Shown one piece after another: positions 29,598-39,132 of a stretch of 64,000 nt of DNA. Position numbers and translations under genes: made by a program. Position 1 is the first letter of the stretch. Each line of letters begins with the position of its first letter. Source of the DNA: a virus; IMG/VR virus record IMGVR_UViG_3300023184_000048, positions 32,001 to 96,000 of that record; one strand, 5' to 3'. Below the pieces are notes generated by a model that worked only from the letters and a program-made list of their open reading frames with translations, had not been told where the DNA came from and did not search any database.

Positions 29598-29792
29598 ATG
29601 AATAACGAAAAATACGAGGCAGTGGTTGGGGCATATACTTTTATGCTTGTGGACGATAATACGATTGAAATCTGGTCTGATGTATCAGCAGCCTATGCTG
29701 ATTCTTTCATTTATCTAAAGAATGGGGAAATAAAGAATAGAAAAGATTTTGACATGGAAATTATGTCTTGGTATTCGAGAAACAGTAATTGA
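29598..29792 (+). CDS. Hypothetical protein
   Basis: ORF track. Confidence 0.5.
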   Translation: MNNEKYEAVVGAYTFMLVDDNTIEIWSDVSAAYADSFIYLKNGEIKNRKDFDMEIMSWYSRNSN

Positions 29793-29822
29793 CTTCATTA
29801 AAAACTAGGATATAATGTGGGA

Positions 29823-30023
29823 ATGAAAGACATTAAATTTTCACTTTTTATTGCGCTCACCTTTTGGTCTGCGATCATATCCAATGGCTGTTGGATTTTA
29901 TTCACACAAACTCCAAAGTTAAATCAGTCAGTCTTCATTCTAATATTTTTGGTTACGCTTGGACTATCATTTGCATATGTTATTGTTTTAATTAATAAAT
30001 TTGTAGATGATCTTGGCGAATGA
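29823..30023 (+). CDS. Small membrane protein with two TM segments
   Basis: Two hydrophobic stretches; ATG 6 nt after TATAAT with TTGACT -35. Confidence 0.65.
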   Translation: MKDIKFSLFIALTFWSAIISNGCWILFTQTPKLNQSVFILIFLVTLGLSFAYVIVLINKFVDDLGE

Positions 30024-30196
30024 AAATTATCAGAATCATAATAGCAATATTTCGTCTTAACAAGAGAATTGTATGCGAAGAATCCGCAGGCCGTTCGCTT
30101 GTAGATTTCCACGACTATCCAGATACTGAACATAAAACACCATGGCATTTCACGACGCATATCTGCGAAAGATGCCATAAGAAATTCATTATATGA
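30020..30196 (+). CDS. Small ORF absent from the track (58 aa, C-terminal CxxC)
   Basis: MKIIRIII...HICERCHKKFII*; ATGA overlaps at both ends. Confidence 0.6.
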   Translation: MKIIRIIIAIFRLNKRIVCEESAGRSLVDFHDYPDTEHKTPWHFTTHICERCHKKFII

Positions 30197-30405
30197 AACT
30201 TGAAATAGGAAAAACATATATTACACTTTCGGATTTAGATTACTATCAGTCTTTACAGCCGAAAGGAACCATTGTAAAATACATAGGAACCAAACAAGGG
30301 TCTGAATATAGACCGATATTTTATGTTTTTGAATTTCCAGATGGCAGTAAACGATATATCGGAGATACTGAAGATGATATGAGTCAAGAAGTTCAAGAGT
30401 ATTAA
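30193..30405 (+). CDS. Hypothetical protein
   Basis: ORF track; ATGA coupling. Confidence 0.6.
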   Translation: MKLEIGKTYITLSDLDYYQSLQPKGTIVKYIGTKQGSEYRPIFYVFEFPDGSKRYIGDTEDDMSQEVQEY

Positions 30406-30410
30406 TTATT

Positions 30411-30740
30411 ATGAAACCTGAAGAACAACAAATTGTGATTGCCGAGGCTTGCGGGTGGACTGAATTCTGGGAGACGGAACGCCAAGGTTGGCGTTCCCAA
30501 AACCCCGATGGTAGCGGGGACAACTTCCTCCCCGATTATCTGAGCGATCTCAACGCGATGCATGAAGCTGTAAAAACTTTACCGCAAAATATTAAACCGC
30601 GCTACTTTGCATGTCTTTGTTCTGTTGTCTCTGGCGCAATTTCTTTATATGGATATTCAGAAGCAACAGAAGCCACTGCCGCAAAACGCGCAGAAGCATT
30701 CCTCAAGGCCTTAGAACTTTGGGATGAGGCGCATCATTAA
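30411..30740 (+). CDS. Phage ABA-sandwich-like protein
   Basis: IAEACGW...PDYLSDLNAMHEA...ATAAKRAEAFLK pattern. Confidence 0.6.
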   Translation: MKPEEQQIVIAEACGWTEFWETERQGWRSQNPDGSGDNFLPDYLSDLNAMHEAVKTLPQNIKPRYFACLCSVVSGAISLYGYSEATEATAAKRAEAFLKALELWDEAHH

Positions 30741-30817
30741 GATAATCTTCGGTTGCATAATCTTATTCGGATGGGTAATCATGGAGGTGATCGAACTACT
30801 ATACAAAACAATTAAGC

Positions 30818-31294
30818 ATGAGAGAAATTAAATTTAGAGTCTGGCACAAAAAATATAAGAAGTGGTTGACTGATAACGATTATGGAACTCATGCTTCAAG
30901 TAATTGGATGATGGATGTGTTTACTGGCAAAATCATTGATTTTGTCGATGATAATAATTCATATTCACCTACATTTTATCCGAATTATTATATGGATGCG
31001 CATTGTATCATTGATGAATCCCCATTTGGTGTTCAACAATACACTGGGTTGAAGGATGCAAATGGTGTTGACATTTATGAAGGTGATATCGTAAAAATAA
31101 TATACGATAAAGCAATAGGAGAAGTTTATTTTGATTCTAATTTAGGTGCTTTTAGATTAAAAGATAAAAGCGGTAAATCCTACCCGATTACAACATATAG
31201 ATTTGATGAGACAAATAAACCTATCGGATTGATTAATGTTGCAGATGAAGTAGTTGGAAATATCTTCGAAAACCCTGAACTTTTAAAACAATGA
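30818..31294 (+). CDS. YopX-family protein (second copy)
   Basis: IKFRVW...QQYTGLKDANGVDIYEGDI...VVGNIFENPELL. Confidence 0.9.
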   Translation: MREIKFRVWHKKYKKWLTDNDYGTHASSNWMMDVFTGKIIDFVDDNNSYSPTFYPNYYMDAHCIIDESPFGVQQYTGLKDANGVDIYEGDIVKIIYDKAIGEVYFDSNLGAFRLKDKSGKSYPITTYRFDETNKPIGLINVADEVVGNIFENPELLKQ

Positions 31295-31707
31295 ATACAC
31301 AAGTTAAACTAATTATTGCAAACACGCAAACAGATACAGTCTATTTCAATTATGGTGATGATTATTCAGATATTACACGGATAATGATTGAAGATCATTC
31401 TCTATGGGAGGAAGTTGAGGACATTTATGAATTACAAGATTTTGTTGAAGATTATAATCGAAATAACAAGAAGACAGGCAGTTTCGCATTTTTGATAATT
31501 AAAGATGAACAAATTACAGCACAATCAGCAATTGAAAGCATTCGAAAGAAACGAAAAGATATTATTGAAAAAGCTGAAGCCAAAGAAGAAAAGCGTAAAG
31601 AATTGGCGGAAAAGAAAAAAGAAGAAGCTCGTCTTAAAAAATTAGCTAAAACACAAGAGCAAAAAAGGCTTCTTTTCGAACAACTCAAAAAAGAACTCAA
31701 TGAATGA
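31291..31707 (+). CDS. Hypothetical protein with coiled-coil C terminus
   Basis: K/E-rich helix. Confidence 0.6.
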   Translation: MNTQVKLIIANTQTDTVYFNYGDDYSDITRIMIEDHSLWEEVEDIYELQDFVEDYNRNNKKTGSFAFLIIKDEQITAQSAIESIRKKRKDIIEKAEAKEEKRKELAEKKKEEARLKKLAKTQEQKRLLFEQLKKELNE

Positions 31708-32360
31708 ATACCCTAGTTATTAGTGATATACATCTTGGAAGCGCAGTTAGTCAAAAAGAAGCAGTCTTGCGCGTTCTCAATCTGGACTTTCAAAAACTCG
31801 TTATTAACGGCGATTTATTCGACAGTTATTCATTCAAGCGATTTGATAAGAAGGATTGGGCGATTCTTTCTAAGATTCGAAAACTCAGCAAATCTCATGA
31901 AGTCATTCTTGTGCATGGCAATCACGATTCGGACGCACAATTTCTGAGTGCCATCACTGGCATGGACTTTGTTGAGAATTACTTAACCGTGATTAACGGC
32001 AAAAGAATATTCTTTGAACACGGTGACAAGTATGATCATTGGATCAAACACAAGCCATTTATAACTTGGTTCTTTACGGGTGCTTACTACTGGATTCAAA
32101 AGTATGATAAGAATCATAGCGCATCCAGAATACTTAAACGCATGAGCAAATCATGGATCAAGGCTAAAGACATCGTATGTAAAAAGTTTGTCGAGAAGCA
32201 CGGTTCAAAGAATGATATACTTGTAGCTGGTCATACACATTATCCAGAAGTAAAATATTTTGAACATTGCGTCTATATAAACACAGGATCTTTCTGTGAT
32301 GATAAGTGTTCATATTTGGAAATTTACGATGATGGATCGTTCGACTTAAAATTTATATAA
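31704..32360 (+). CDS. Metallophosphoesterase, LpxH (UDP-2,3-diacylglucosamine hydrolase)-like
   Basis: ISDIHLG, INGDLFD, GNHD, EHGD, GHTH, INTGSF motifs. Confidence 0.75.
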   Translation: MNTLVISDIHLGSAVSQKEAVLRVLNLDFQKLVINGDLFDSYSFKRFDKKDWAILSKIRKLSKSHEVILVHGNHDSDAQFLSAITGMDFVENYLTVINGKRIFFEHGDKYDHWIKHKPFITWFFTGAYYWIQKYDKNHSASRILKRMSKSWIKAKDIVCKKFVEKHGSKNDILVAGHTHYPEVKYFEHCVYINTGSFCDDKCSYLEIYDDGSFDLKFI

Positions 32361-32361
32361 T

Positions 32362-32586
32362 ATGAATCCAATATTAATACATAAAGATATCCTAGATTCT
32401 GGTTGGAGTTGGAGTTCGGATAAAACGCCGAGTGATATTCGAGTATACACTAGAAATTCTGTTGAGGATTCTGTTTGGTATTCTATTATAAATTCTACTT
32501 ATAGACCTGTTCGGAATTCTGTTGTGGATTCTGTTCGGAGTTCTGTTAATTCTAAAATCAATGAATACACATTTGACAATCAATAA
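32362..32586 (+). CDS. Small protein with 4-residue (D/N)SV(W/R) repeats
   Basis: NSVEDSVWYSI..NSVVDSVRSSVNS; 12-nt periodic ttctgtt repeats. Confidence 0.55.
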   Translation: MNPILIHKDILDSGWSWSSDKTPSDIRVYTRNSVEDSVWYSIINSTYRPVRNSVVDSVRSSVNSKINEYTFDNQ

Positions 32587-32606
32587 AACTACGATACAAT
32601 CATAAT

Positions 32607-32942
32607 ATGAGCATATTTGACGACAGACAATACCTACACGGTTTACCTAAACCCGGCCAAAAAGTAAAATACATGAATCCTACGAAGTTTGCGTTTCACA
32701 CCAACGTCATTGAGGATGAGAAGAATCTCCTTGAACTTGGTAAGGAATACACTGTTCGTAAGGTGAACCTTAATAGCAGCAGCACCTATGTATTCCTTGA
32801 AGAGTTTTGGGTTGAAGGACTCGATGAATATCGCAATAATCAAAAGTGTTTTAGTATGCATGCATTCGAATGGGAGATGCCTGAAATCAATCTTGAAGAA
32901 TTAATTGGTAAGAATCCAAGTGATGTAATGAATAAAATTTAA
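32607..32942 (+). CDS. Hypothetical early protein
   Basis: ATG 6 nt after TACAAT with TTGACA -35. Confidence 0.65.
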   Translation: MSIFDDRQYLHGLPKPGQKVKYMNPTKFAFHTNVIEDEKNLLELGKEYTVRKVNLNSSSTYVFLEEFWVEGLDEYRNNQKCFSMHAFEWEMPEINLEELIGKNPSDVMNKI

Positions 32943-32945
32943 ACT

Positions 32946-33224
32946 ATGAAAAATAAATTAACCGGAGCAGACGAAGACTTAATCTTCAAAAATAAAAAGT
33001 TTATTGAAGAATTATCAAATGTTCAAAATCTTTATTTTGAAACATTATGCGAAGACCTTGAATTGAATGAAATTGGAAATGATTATATGTTTGATTATAT
33101 TTTCAATGATCATGGTGGTATTGGATTTGATGAATATATTGAAAAATATGGATTCAAAGGTAAAGATATTTTTGAAGATAATGATCATGATTCGTGTGAA
33201 TCAATTTTAGATAACTGTCATTGA
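32946..33224 (+). CDS. Hypothetical acidic protein
   Basis: ORF track. Confidence 0.6.
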   Translation: MKNKLTGADEDLIFKNKKFIEELSNVQNLYFETLCEDLELNEIGNDYMFDYIFNDHGGIGFDEYIEKYGFKGKDIFEDNDHDSCESILDNCH

Positions 33225-33225
33225 T

Positions 33226-33732
33226 ATGAATAAAGACATTACACTACCATACGAATTAGCAACAAAGGATTTATCTCTCCAAGAAATTGGAACTATATTC
33301 ACCATGTTCGCAACTCAAAGAATGTCACCGGAAGAAGTCACCAAATGGGCCAAAGATGATGAGTATCTTGAATCTGTTGAGTATTTACTGGAACGAGAAT
33401 ATGTAAAAATCAGATATGATGAATATGATAATGCTATTATGGATATTGATCTAACTGATAAAGAACCAGAACCATTTTGGGAACTGTGTGATTATGATGA
33501 TGAGAGTAATCCAATCTATCAACATCCATCTCATTTTGGTGATGATGAATATGGAACTTATTTTTTCAAAATATATCCAAAATTAGTTGACTTAAAGATT
33601 ATTTGGGTTGATATGTCAGATTCAGAGCTACTTGATAGTAATCAATATTTTGAAAGCTTGGAGGAAGCGGAGGAGTTTTATAAAAAGCTTCTAAAAGATC
33701 AATTAGAATATATTTATGAGCAAGGGAGATAA
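33226..33732 (+). CDS. Hypothetical acidic protein
   Basis: ORF track. Confidence 0.6.
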   Translation: MNKDITLPYELATKDLSLQEIGTIFTMFATQRMSPEEVTKWAKDDEYLESVEYLLEREYVKIRYDEYDNAIMDIDLTDKEPEPFWELCDYDDESNPIYQHPSHFGDDEYGTYFFKIYPKLVDLKIIWVDMSDSELLDSNQYFESLEEAEEFYKKLLKDQLEYIYEQGR

Positions 33733-33901
33733 AGATAGAACAAAAAATTTGGAATCTTACCGATCAAGTCCTCTTTGGGATAAGATTGGTAAAGATAAGA
33801 AGAAGTATGAAACATATACAGAATTTTCAAATAATTTCTTCAAAGAACATCCAGAATTATATGATAAATTAGAAGATATTAAGGGAGAAAATCTTGATTA
33901 A
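33716..33901 (+). CDS. Hypothetical protein
   Basis: MSKGDKDRT N terminus; stop lies inside the next promoter motif. Confidence 0.55.
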   Translation: MSKGDKDRTKNLESYRSSPLWDKIGKDKKKYETYTEFSNNFFKEHPELYDKLEDIKGENLD

Positions 33902-33922
33902 AAACTAGAATATAATACGCTT

Positions 33923-34648
33923 ATGACTTATAATTTTAGAAGCGATTGCGTCATACTTTTAGGGGATACTCATTCACACCATACTCTATACGAAATGGTT
34001 ATCAGGATTCCTAAAGATTCTGATTTGATTTCTCTTGGTGATAATGGTTTTGCGTTTGGTGAAGATCGGGCAAAAGCAATTTATTACACTGATAATATGC
34101 TTAAACTAATTAATGATTTTTGTAAATGTGAAAATATTAATCTGTATATTTTAATTGGTAATCATGATGCACCATACCCAGAAATTTGGGATAAAAAATG
34201 GTCCAATATTTTTCTGACGAAATCTGGAGATTATGGAATATTTCCAAATGGTAAAAAGGCTTTGCTTGTTGGGGGTGGTATTAGTGTTGATCGCTGCTCC
34301 CGTAAACAGAATATTGATTATTGGTCAGAAGAAATAACCCCATATATTACCGACATAGATAAATGTGATTATCTCCTCAGTCATGATTGTCCAGAGGAAT
34401 TTAATCATCAAACCAATTCTTTATATAAAAGATTTCAATGGGCTTTAGATAAAGACCCAACACTTCTCGAAGATTGTAAAAAACAAAGAAATAATATGAC
34501 AAGAATTTTAAAGGAGTGCGGGGCAGAAGAACTCTACCATGCACACATGCATAATAATATAACACAAACAATTGATGGTGTGTATGGCAGGTGTGTAGAC
34601 ATTAATGAATTATACTTTTTAGACACGAATCATGAGAGAACAAATTAA
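33923..34648 (+). CDS. Calcineurin-like metallophosphoesterase
   Basis: LGDTH, LGDNG, GNHD, LSHDCP, HAHMH motifs. Confidence 0.85.
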   Translation: MTYNFRSDCVILLGDTHSHHTLYEMVIRIPKDSDLISLGDNGFAFGEDRAKAIYYTDNMLKLINDFCKCENINLYILIGNHDAPYPEIWDKKWSNIFLTKSGDYGIFPNGKKALLVGGGISVDRCSRKQNIDYWSEEITPYITDIDKCDYLLSHDCPEEFNHQTNSLYKRFQWALDKDPTLLEDCKKQRNNMTRILKECGAEELYHAHMHNNITQTIDGVYGRCVDINELYFLDTNHERTN

Positions 34649-35222
34649 ACGTCTATTTCTGGACTGCGATGAATGTAAAATTTCGAGTCTATATGCTAAT
34701 AATGTCCACCACGCAGATCAATTAATTGAAACGTATGGACAGTATTGGGAAGGTTATAAGTATTCCTTAAATGAGGGGACTGGATGGGATTCAAACATTG
34801 GGTGGTATGTCACCTTTATTAGACCTTGGGCTAAAGAATTTTTAAAATGGTCACAAGATACTTATGGTAGGGACAATGTCTATTTCCTTACCATGGGAAC
34901 TGCTGATTACATTTTTAAAATGAATTCTTTATTAAAATTTGACATCGAAAATGATCATATCTTGACAAGAGAAGATATTCACTACCCCAGATATAATTTT
35001 GATGATTCTAATAATGTCTTGGTAGATAATGAAAACTATCAATATCACTCTTTTGGAAATGGTTTGAATAAGGTGAATTTCTTAAGTGGGTTGCCGCCCC
35101 AGAAGCTGGTCCAAGTTAAGCATTTTGATGTAAGGTATTTTAAACCTAAAAATGATAATGGTTATGTTGAACATGTCAAAAAAGAAATAATTAAAGCATT
35201 TGAATGGAAATATGAAAGTTAA
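34632..35222 (+). CDS. HAD/NIF-like phosphatase (tentative)
   Basis: LFLDCDE DxD motif, IRPWAKEFL, FLTMG, VLVDN. Confidence 0.55.
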   Translation: MREQIKRLFLDCDECKISSLYANNVHHADQLIETYGQYWEGYKYSLNEGTGWDSNIGWYVTFIRPWAKEFLKWSQDTYGRDNVYFLTMGTADYIFKMNSLLKFDIENDHILTREDIHYPRYNFDDSNNVLVDNENYQYHSFGNGLNKVNFLSGLPPQKLVQVKHFDVRYFKPKNDNGYVEHVKKEIIKAFEWKYES

Positions 35223-35424
35223 AGAAATATACCCAGAAAAAATTGTGATCACTTACGATATGGTGGTTGTTGAAAATGGGGAGGAGCAATGCTATACCAG
35301 ACATAACGCAAATACTTGGAGCTTCTTCGTATCATATGGTATTTATGGAGAGGATTATGATGTTGATGATGAAAAAGCTAAACAATTAGAAGCATTATTT
35401 CAGGAATACAAGGAATTGGTATAA
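35212..35424 (+). CDS. Hypothetical protein
   Basis: ORF track; start moved to ATG. Confidence 0.55.
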   Translation: MKVKEIYPEKIVITYDMVVVENGEEQCYTRHNANTWSFFVSYGIYGEDYDVDDEKAKQLEALFQEYKELV

Positions 35425-35450
35425 ATTAAAAACTAGAATATAATAAACAC

Positions 35451-35645
35451 ATGATAAAAAAATTACTTAGAGAATTGCAGGAAACATTTAACTACACCGA
35501 AGAAGAACTGAACGAGATTCAAGAAGCCATGGAAGAATTTGGAAATTCTTGTTACGATCTTGGATTCAAGGATGGGTGCAAACAATTCGACATCGAACAG
35601 GAATACTATCAGGGATTCTCTTATGGTAAGAAGGAGGATCAATAA
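35451..35645 (+). CDS. Hypothetical acidic early protein
   Basis: ORF at early motif. Confidence 0.65.
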   Translation: MIKKLLRELQETFNYTEEELNEIQEAMEEFGNSCYDLGFKDGCKQFDIEQEYYQGFSYGKKEDQ

Positions 35646-35647
35646 TT

Positions 35648-35848
35648 ATGGCAGCTAAGAAAAAAATTAAAGTGGATTATATAACCATTGAGAAGGAGGA
35701 TACTATTTTAATTGCTCTTCTCGAACGATATTGGAAATTAGTCAAGATTGAAGATATTGGAAAAACGTTAGCAATTACAAAAGCGGTTGATAAATTAGAA
35801 GAATTCATTAATAAGCGTAAACAAGAAATCAAAGATGAAAACGCCTAA
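35648..35848 (+). CDS. Hypothetical protein
   Basis: ORF track. Confidence 0.55.
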   Translation: MAAKKKIKVDYITIEKEDTILIALLERYWKLVKIEDIGKTLAITKAVDKLEEFINKRKQEIKDENA

Positions 35849-36215
35849 ATATACCGGAGTCGAAGTAAGAAAATTTGACCTTTTTGGATGGTTGATGTGT
35901 ATCCTTGGGTTGTGGTGTATTTGGACATTCACGACAACCAGAGAGTGGACACTTGTATTTTTATCCTTTTTATGTTTTTGGGATTATGTTATCAGGGTAT
36001 CATTTGGTAGGGTTTACAAACATGTCTATTATGATACAATCCTCTATCCAATGTATGAATTGGAAGTTGATATGGCAGATGAAACATATTTTGTATGTGC
36101 TGAAAATCAGGATGAATTAGATCTATATATGGAACAACATTATCCTAATATGAAGTATAAGATTCTAAGAGAGACACATGTCGAGAGTTATATAAAAACT
36201 GAAGAATTTCAATAA
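35835..36215 (+). CDS. Membrane protein
   Basis: Two N-terminal hydrophobic segments. Confidence 0.55.
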   Translation: MKTPKYTGVEVRKFDLFGWLMCILGLWCIWTFTTTREWTLVFLSFLCFWDYVIRVSFGRVYKHVYYDTILYPMYELEVDMADETYFVCAENQDELDLYMEQHYPNMKYKILRETHVESYIKTEEFQ

Positions 36216-36240
36216 TTAAAAACTAAAATATAATACGATT

Positions 36241-36894
36241 ATGATTACCTATAAAAGAGGGGATTTATTGGACTATTTTAGGAATGACGAGTGTTCTGTG
36301 GTGTTACATAGCTGTAATACTTTAGGGGTGATGGGGGGCTTTGCTGGTCAGGTCAGACAACAATATTCAAAAGCTTTCCAAGATTATATAGAAGTTTATG
36401 AAAGTATTGGTTTATATTTGGGTTCTGTTATCACATCTGAAGTTGAGGATGGTAAGTATATTTTCAATATGGTCAATCAGGATAGTATCGGAAGAGGATC
36501 TAGAAAGGTTGACTATGAGGCACTATATAAGACTTTAGAAACCTCTAGATATTGGGTTGATAAACTTCAAATTGAAGGCAATATTGGGATACCTTCAAAA
36601 CTCTCGTCGGACCTTGGGGGTGGATCGTGGAGAGTTGTAAAAGCAATGATCGATGAAGTTTTCAAGGATCATGAAGTCCTTATTGTTGAATATGATACAT
36701 CTGAGAAATCAAAATATGGATACATGTGTGATGAACAAGATGTTGAAGATTGGGTTGATCGTATTGTTGGTGAATTGTATGGAACATCTTCTTGGATCGC
36801 TTTGAGTGCCATTGAAAAGTGGATGAAATCACCTGATTGTGATAAAGGAGATTTGAGAAGAATTAAGGATATTGTTGACAAATACGTTGATTAA
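36241..36894 (+). CDS. Macrodomain (ADP-ribose-processing) protein
   Basis: YKRGDLL..VLHSCNTLGVMGGFAGQV..IGIPSKLSSDLGGGSW: TARG1/DarG-like pattern. Confidence 0.8.
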   Translation: MITYKRGDLLDYFRNDECSVVLHSCNTLGVMGGFAGQVRQQYSKAFQDYIEVYESIGLYLGSVITSEVEDGKYIFNMVNQDSIGRGSRKVDYEALYKTLETSRYWVDKLQIEGNIGIPSKLSSDLGGGSWRVVKAMIDEVFKDHEVLIVEYDTSEKSKYGYMCDEQDVEDWVDRIVGELYGTSSWIALSAIEKWMKSPDCDKGDLRRIKDIVDKYVD

Positions 36895-36915
36895 AAACTA
36901 GAGCATAATACACAT

Positions 36916-37374
36916 ATGAATATTATCAGAACAGTAGCAGAACCTCTAAAAAAACCAAGTAAACTTAAATGTTTTTGGTGGAAGCTTGAAAGAAAATGGC
37001 AAAATATTTGTGATTTCTTCAATCCTAAGAATGAATGGTTTTATGAAGATATTCCAAATCATTATGTTGAAAATAATGATTTGATTAAAATTGTTCTATA
37101 CAAGACTCTTGTAAGTTATGTTGAAGTCGAAAAAGGACTTCAACATTCTGATTGGTCTGAAGGTGATGCTCCAAGCTATAAAGAATTGATAGAAGCTTGT
37201 TATGAGGGAATTACAGTAACACTCCCAGAACTTCAGAAAATCATGGACTCTGTTCATTATCCTTGGACAGAAGATGAATGGAGATTGTATTCTGATACAT
37301 CTGATGAATTTGATAAGACTGAACAATTGATTTGTGAAACAATTGTAAAAATTAGAGGAGTTCTTTGGACATGA
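36916..37374 (+). CDS. Hypothetical early protein
   Basis: ORF at early motif. Confidence 0.65.
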   Translation: MNIIRTVAEPLKKPSKLKCFWWKLERKWQNICDFFNPKNEWFYEDIPNHYVENNDLIKIVLYKTLVSYVEVEKGLQHSDWSEGDAPSYKELIEACYEGITVTLPELQKIMDSVHYPWTEDEWRLYSDTSDEFDKTEQLICETIVKIRGVLWT

Positions 37375-37781
37375 ATGAACAAGAATCTCTGAAATTTGTC
37401 CAGAGTGTAGCATCTGAAAATGGTATGCTCAATGTCGAAAAGGCAACACTAGGACAAATTTATTCATTTCTGGATTCTTTGAGTTGTAGTAGATCAATCC
37501 CTAAAAAGATTAAAACTGATAAGGTCTTGACGAAAAAGGAAAAAACGAAACTTAAAAATAATCAAAAAATTCACTTTAAACGTAGATTTCAGGAAAGAGT
37601 TGGTTATGTCTTGACAGATGAGAAGTATGATGTATTATGTGATCTTATCCGAAAAGATGGTCATTTCTTATCAAAACATGAAGGTTCAAACCAATCAATC
37701 TTTTCGGTAAATTATGAAAGAATAAATTTGAAAGTGGTTTATAATGCTTATGATAATATTTTGATTACTGTCTTGCCATAA
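37371..37781 (+). CDS. Hypothetical protein
   Basis: HFKRRFQERVG...LITVLP pattern; ATGA coupling. Confidence 0.6.
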   Translation: MNEQESLKFVQSVASENGMLNVEKATLGQIYSFLDSLSCSRSIPKKIKTDKVLTKKEKTKLKNNQKIHFKRRFQERVGYVLTDEKYDVLCDLIRKDGHFLSKHEGSNQSIFSVNYERINLKVVYNAYDNILITVLP

Positions 37782-37782
37782 A

Positions 37783-38067
37783 ATGAAATATAAAATTAAA
37801 ACATCTTTTGGATGCACTTCCAATTGTATAGAAATTAATGATAAGCTGTATTATTGTGAAGATCCTCGTTATGGTTTAACTGATGAAGAACGAAACAAAT
37901 TTCATGATGACTTATTCAAACAAATCAGAACATTATTTGATGATAGTAGAATTGGTGTGATCAATCTTATTGAAATGCTTGATGTTGAAGATGTTGAATA
38001 TTCTGAGACATGTGAACAATGTTTTGATAGCGTGACCACCACAACTTATGAAGAATTTGGAGATTGA
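37783..38067 (+). CDS. Hypothetical protein (CxxC near C terminus)
   Basis: ETCEQCFDS. Confidence 0.6.
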   Translation: MKYKIKTSFGCTSNCIEINDKLYYCEDPRYGLTDEERNKFHDDLFKQIRTLFDDSRIGVINLIEMLDVEDVEYSETCEQCFDSVTTTTYEEFGD

Positions 38068-38097
38068 CTTAATTAAAAACTGGAATATGATACACTC

Positions 38098-39132
38098 ATG
38101 AAAAAGCATTACTCATTCCCAAAAATTGGGCAATATCATCAAACTATTCGACACTTGAAACTTCAACACTCTTATCAGGGTAAGGATGAAAATGGTGATC
38201 CAATTTATAAAGAACCTGATGTGTGGCCAGTGGTTAAATTCAAGGGAACCGTAAAATTGCATGGTAGCAACGGAGCAGTTGTATTCTCTCCTCATGGTTC
38301 TTTCTATTGCCAATCCAGAGAAAATGTGATTGATGAAATTAAGGATAATGCTGGATTCGCTCATTGGGTGAATAAGGAAGGTCATAAAATTTGGGAAGAT
38401 GTATGGCATAAAGTTGATCTGAATATTGATAAACATGATTCGCTCATTAAACTTATTGTGGTGTTCGGAGAATGGTGTTGTGGTTCGATTCAGAAAGGCG
38501 TAGCATTAAATGAACTCTCCAAGAGATTTGTAATTTTTGGATTAAAGATTATATTTGAAGATGAGACTACTCGATGGATGGATTCTTCTGGAATTATAAA
38601 CTCAGAAATTAGTGTTTATAATATTGAAGATGCGCCAACTTATGAAATTGAAGTTGACTTAAATCGTCCAGACAAAGCCATTGAACAGATGAACACTTGG
38701 GTTGATGAAATTGATGCTGAATGCCCATTCGCTAAGATGTTTAATGTTTCTGGGCATGGTGAAGGAATTGTGTGGCGAGAAGCTGGAAAATTTGGATATG
38801 ATACTTCATTCAAAACTAAAGGAGAATCCCACAGCAAGTCCAAAATCAAAAAGCTTCCTACTGTTGATGTTCAAAAGATGGACAATATTCAACAAGCGAT
38901 TGATACTCATTGTCATGAAGATAGAATGCTTCAAATTTATGATAAAGTTGTAGTGACTGAAGCTGATAAGACTCCAAAAAACATTGGATTATACTTGCAG
39001 AAATTGATCGAAGATTGCTGGACTGAAGAGGGTGATTCTATGAGAGCTTCTGATATTTCTCGTAAGGATTTTGGTGCTGCTGTTTCTAAAAAGGCTGCTA
39101 AGTGGTTTCAAAACAAATTACAAGAATTTTAA
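38098..39132 (+). CDS. RNA ligase, Rnl2 family
   Basis: Motif I TVKLHGSN, FGEW, FVIFG, GEGIVW, FKTKG. Confidence 0.85.
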   Translation: MKKHYSFPKIGQYHQTIRHLKLQHSYQGKDENGDPIYKEPDVWPVVKFKGTVKLHGSNGAVVFSPHGSFYCQSRENVIDEIKDNAGFAHWVNKEGHKIWEDVWHKVDLNIDKHDSLIKLIVVFGEWCCGSIQKGVALNELSKRFVIFGLKIIFEDETTRWMDSSGIINSEISVYNIEDAPTYEIEVDLNRPDKAIEQMNTWVDEIDAECPFAKMFNVSGHGEGIVWREAGKFGYDTSFKTKGESHSKSKIKKLPTVDVQKMDNIQQAIDTHCHEDRMLQIYDKVVVTEADKTPKNIGLYLQKLIEDCWTEEGDSMRASDISRKDFGAAVSKKAAKWFQNKLQEF

